A DNA stretch of 33,000 bases from Heteronotia binoei. Lineage: Eukaryota. The stretch lies in NCBI RefSeq assembly GCF_032191835.1, contig NC_083227.1:83390001-83423000 (forward strand). Reading direction: 5' to 3'. A program made the position numbers and the translations under genes. Below are positions 30,886 through 33,000 of this stretch, in pieces; the first letter of the stretch is position 1; every line of letters starts with the position of its first letter. Below the pieces are notes generated by a model that was not told where the DNA came from, ran no database searches, and worked only from the letters and a program-made list of their open reading frames with translations.

Positions 30886-31750
30886 TTATTATTATTATTA
30901 TTATTTTGTTTCAAAAGCTTTATTGAAGTTATTTGATGATTACAAGAATAAGGCAAAGCTAGATTGTCAGCATGAGCTGACAATCTTACTATGCTAAAAA
31001 CAAAGATACATACGGATATGAAGCAAACAAAGGCACAAAATCAAAGCATCAGTTGACAAGCCAGAAGTACATTGTGATACAGTCCACTAGGGCTTGCATT
31101 AACAGAAACTTTTTCAATAAAAGGTCACCATTTTTCTATAAATAGAGAATTCAGTTGGTGAGTTTTTAGATAGTCTAGGTCATGAGTAAGTTTGTCTAAA
31201 GCAAAAAAGTCCCACAGCTTCGTCCACCAAACCTGGCATGATGGAGGAGATTGCTGTTTCCAGACCGTAGCAATTGCTGTTTTGGCTGCCACTATCATGA
31301 GTGTGACCAAATCTGCAGTAGGTGTAGAAACACGAGATGAGTCGGGTAAACTCAGGAGGGCATACTCAGATGTCAAGGGTGATGAGTAATTGGTCAATTT
31401 GGTGTAGTGGTTAAGTGTGTGGACTCTTATCTGGGAGAACCAGGTTTGATTCCCCATTCCTCCACTTGCACCTGTTGGAATGGCCTTGGGTTAGCCATAG
31501 CTCTGGCAAAGGTTGTCCTTGAAAGGGCAGCTGCTGTGAGAGCCTTCTCAGCCCCACCCACCTCACAGGGTGTCTGTTGTGGGGGGAGAAGATATAGGAG
31601 ATTGTAAGCCACTCTGAGTCTCTGATTCAGAGAGAAGGGCGGGGTATAAATCTGCAATTCTTCTTCTTCTTCTTGGTTAAGATGTGTATTTCCTGATATA
31701 TCTGTTTCTAGAAGTTAATTATTACAGGACATTACCACCATGAATGAAAA
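30886..31750 (-). mobile_element. Old 5'-truncated L1 fragment (ORF2 C-terminus and 3'UTR), split by a SINE
   Basis: HSWW*CP...KQIYQEIHILT at about 31680-31745 continues after the SINE as PLTSEYALL...MIVAAKTAIATVWKQQSPP...WWTKLWDF..LDKLT. aataaa plus a (TAA)n tail at 30886-30925. Confidence 0.75.
31395..31672 (+). mobile_element. Squam3-like SINE, full length
   Basis: Head tttggtgtagtggttaag...ccaggtttgattcccc. Tail gggcggggtataaatctgcaa(ttc)n. TSD ttggt (31390-31394 / 31673-31677). Confidence 0.9.
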
Positions 31751-32204
31751 TAAGTGCCTCTTTGGCCACATCCTTTGAAACAGAGGAAAAATATTAGCAG
31801 TAAGATGCACCAACTGAACTGGAATCCAGTACCATCTTGAAAGGACCTTAAAGGCCTGAAGTTGGACGTTTTAATGCTTTAGTTTTATAAATGGGGAAAT
31901 CCCAAATTGAATGCCATTGCTCATTATTTAGGCTACATTGCAAGTCAGAATGCCAGGCTGTTTGGTAAGCGTGGGGATTTTTATAAGTGGGCTGAAGAAA
32001 GAGTCTGTAAATAACCAAGATTAAACCCTTGATATAATGTTATAATGGTGTTTCTTTTCCATTTATTACACTTCATAGAATTGGTCAGCTTTTTCAAAGA
32101 AGAAGCAGGTCTAGGAAAAAATAGAAGCCTAGCTATGGGTAGGCATCCCTAGCCCAAGTACCTGGGAAAAGCAAAATTGCATGTTCGTGTTGGGTATGAA
32201 ATGT

Positions 32205-32545
32205 ATGTTAAGACAGCAAGGTTCAAGGCCTTGCTCAGCTATGAAACTCACTACATAGACTTAGGATAATCAAATTCTCACAACCTACAACACCCCTTTC
32301 AAAGCCGTAGTGAGGATTAAGTGAGATATACTAAGAACATAAGAACTGCCTTGCTGAGTCAGCCCTAAACCACTGAGGTCAACAAGCTTAGAAAGGTGTA
32401 GCTCTGCTTAAGACTGCCTTGTTCATCTTCTCCACAATTCTGTCCGCCATAGTGCCCAGCCAAATGCCTCATAAACAGGCACAGAAAGTGACAAACATTT
32501 TCCTGTTGTTTGTTTCTCAGTATCTGATTTTTCAGGTGTATACTT
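32205..32545. mobile_element. Old MIR-like SINE remnant (+) abutting a CR1-type tail remnant (-)
   Basis: ggttcaaggcc...cagctatgaaactcac...caacctaca...gtagtgaggattaa, then aagaacataagaactgccttgctgagtcag (reverse complement of a TTCTTATG tail). Confidence 0.35.
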
Positions 32546-32879
32546 CCAGTGAACAGGAAGGTTCTATTTAGCTGTCAGGTCTAACAGACACTGGAAGACA
32601 TCACTCTTGGATTTTCTTAGGCCCTTTGAAAAGCCAGTTAAACTTCCTCACAGCCTACTCTAGCTGACAAAGGAGAAGACAAGAATCCTTGAAATAAGAC
32701 AAGCCATTAATCATAGTTAAGTATAGCATGTAAACATATAAATAACAGAAGAATACCAAACCAAACCCATTGGGGAAAATTCTTCTGCCAAGTGTTGTCT
32801 TGAATCTCATGGGTTCATTAGTGCTTAGATTTATTTGGTACTCAAGAATTAGCAGCCCTTAAAGCCCAGACTATCCTGA

Positions 32880-33000
32880 TCTTGCCGAAGCTTGGAAGCC
32901 AAGCAGGGTTGACCACAGTCAGTCCTTGAATTGGAGACTAGTAAGGCTGCTATGCAGAGGAAGGCAATGGCAAACCACTTCTGCTCACCACTTGCCTTGA
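32880..33000 (+). mobile_element. 5S-Sauria-like SINE (runs off the window)
   Basis: cctgatcttgccgaagcttggaagccaagcagggt...gaattggagac 5S-like head, then gcagaggaaggcaatggcaaaccac. Confidence 0.6.

Noticed and set aside
32880-32940. 5S rRNA gene (also at 26281 and 30300)
   Set aside because: Too diverged and truncated, and joined to SINE bodies; these are 5S-derived SINE heads.

Overview
Repeat-dense vertebrate genomic DNA, most likely a gecko (squamate). That inference rests on the SINE repertoire: Squam3-like, Sauria/Squam2-like with an (ACCTTT)n tail, and 5S-Sauria-like. A large part of the window is transposable elements. LINEs: one apparently full-length but inactivated L1 (17422-23529, minus), two 5'-truncated L1s, two long and several short CR1 pieces, and an L2 remnant. 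Other elements: a solo LTR with a 5-bp TSD, several hAT and Harbinger-type MITEs (often nested), and a fold-back Penelope-like insertion carrying two mirror-image hammerhead ribozyme motifs. I could not identify any host protein-coding gene; the longer ORFs are TE-derived or artefacts of palindromes, GC-rich sequence or microsatellites. The most notable observations are the Penelope hammerhead palindrome, an isolated 59-bp inverted pair of exon-like segments, a hAT derivative with a hairpin-built CpG-island interior, an ATGA stop/start overlap and 5'UTR splice signals in the L1, and speculative exon chains. Family names come from recalled consensus sequences, not from database searches.
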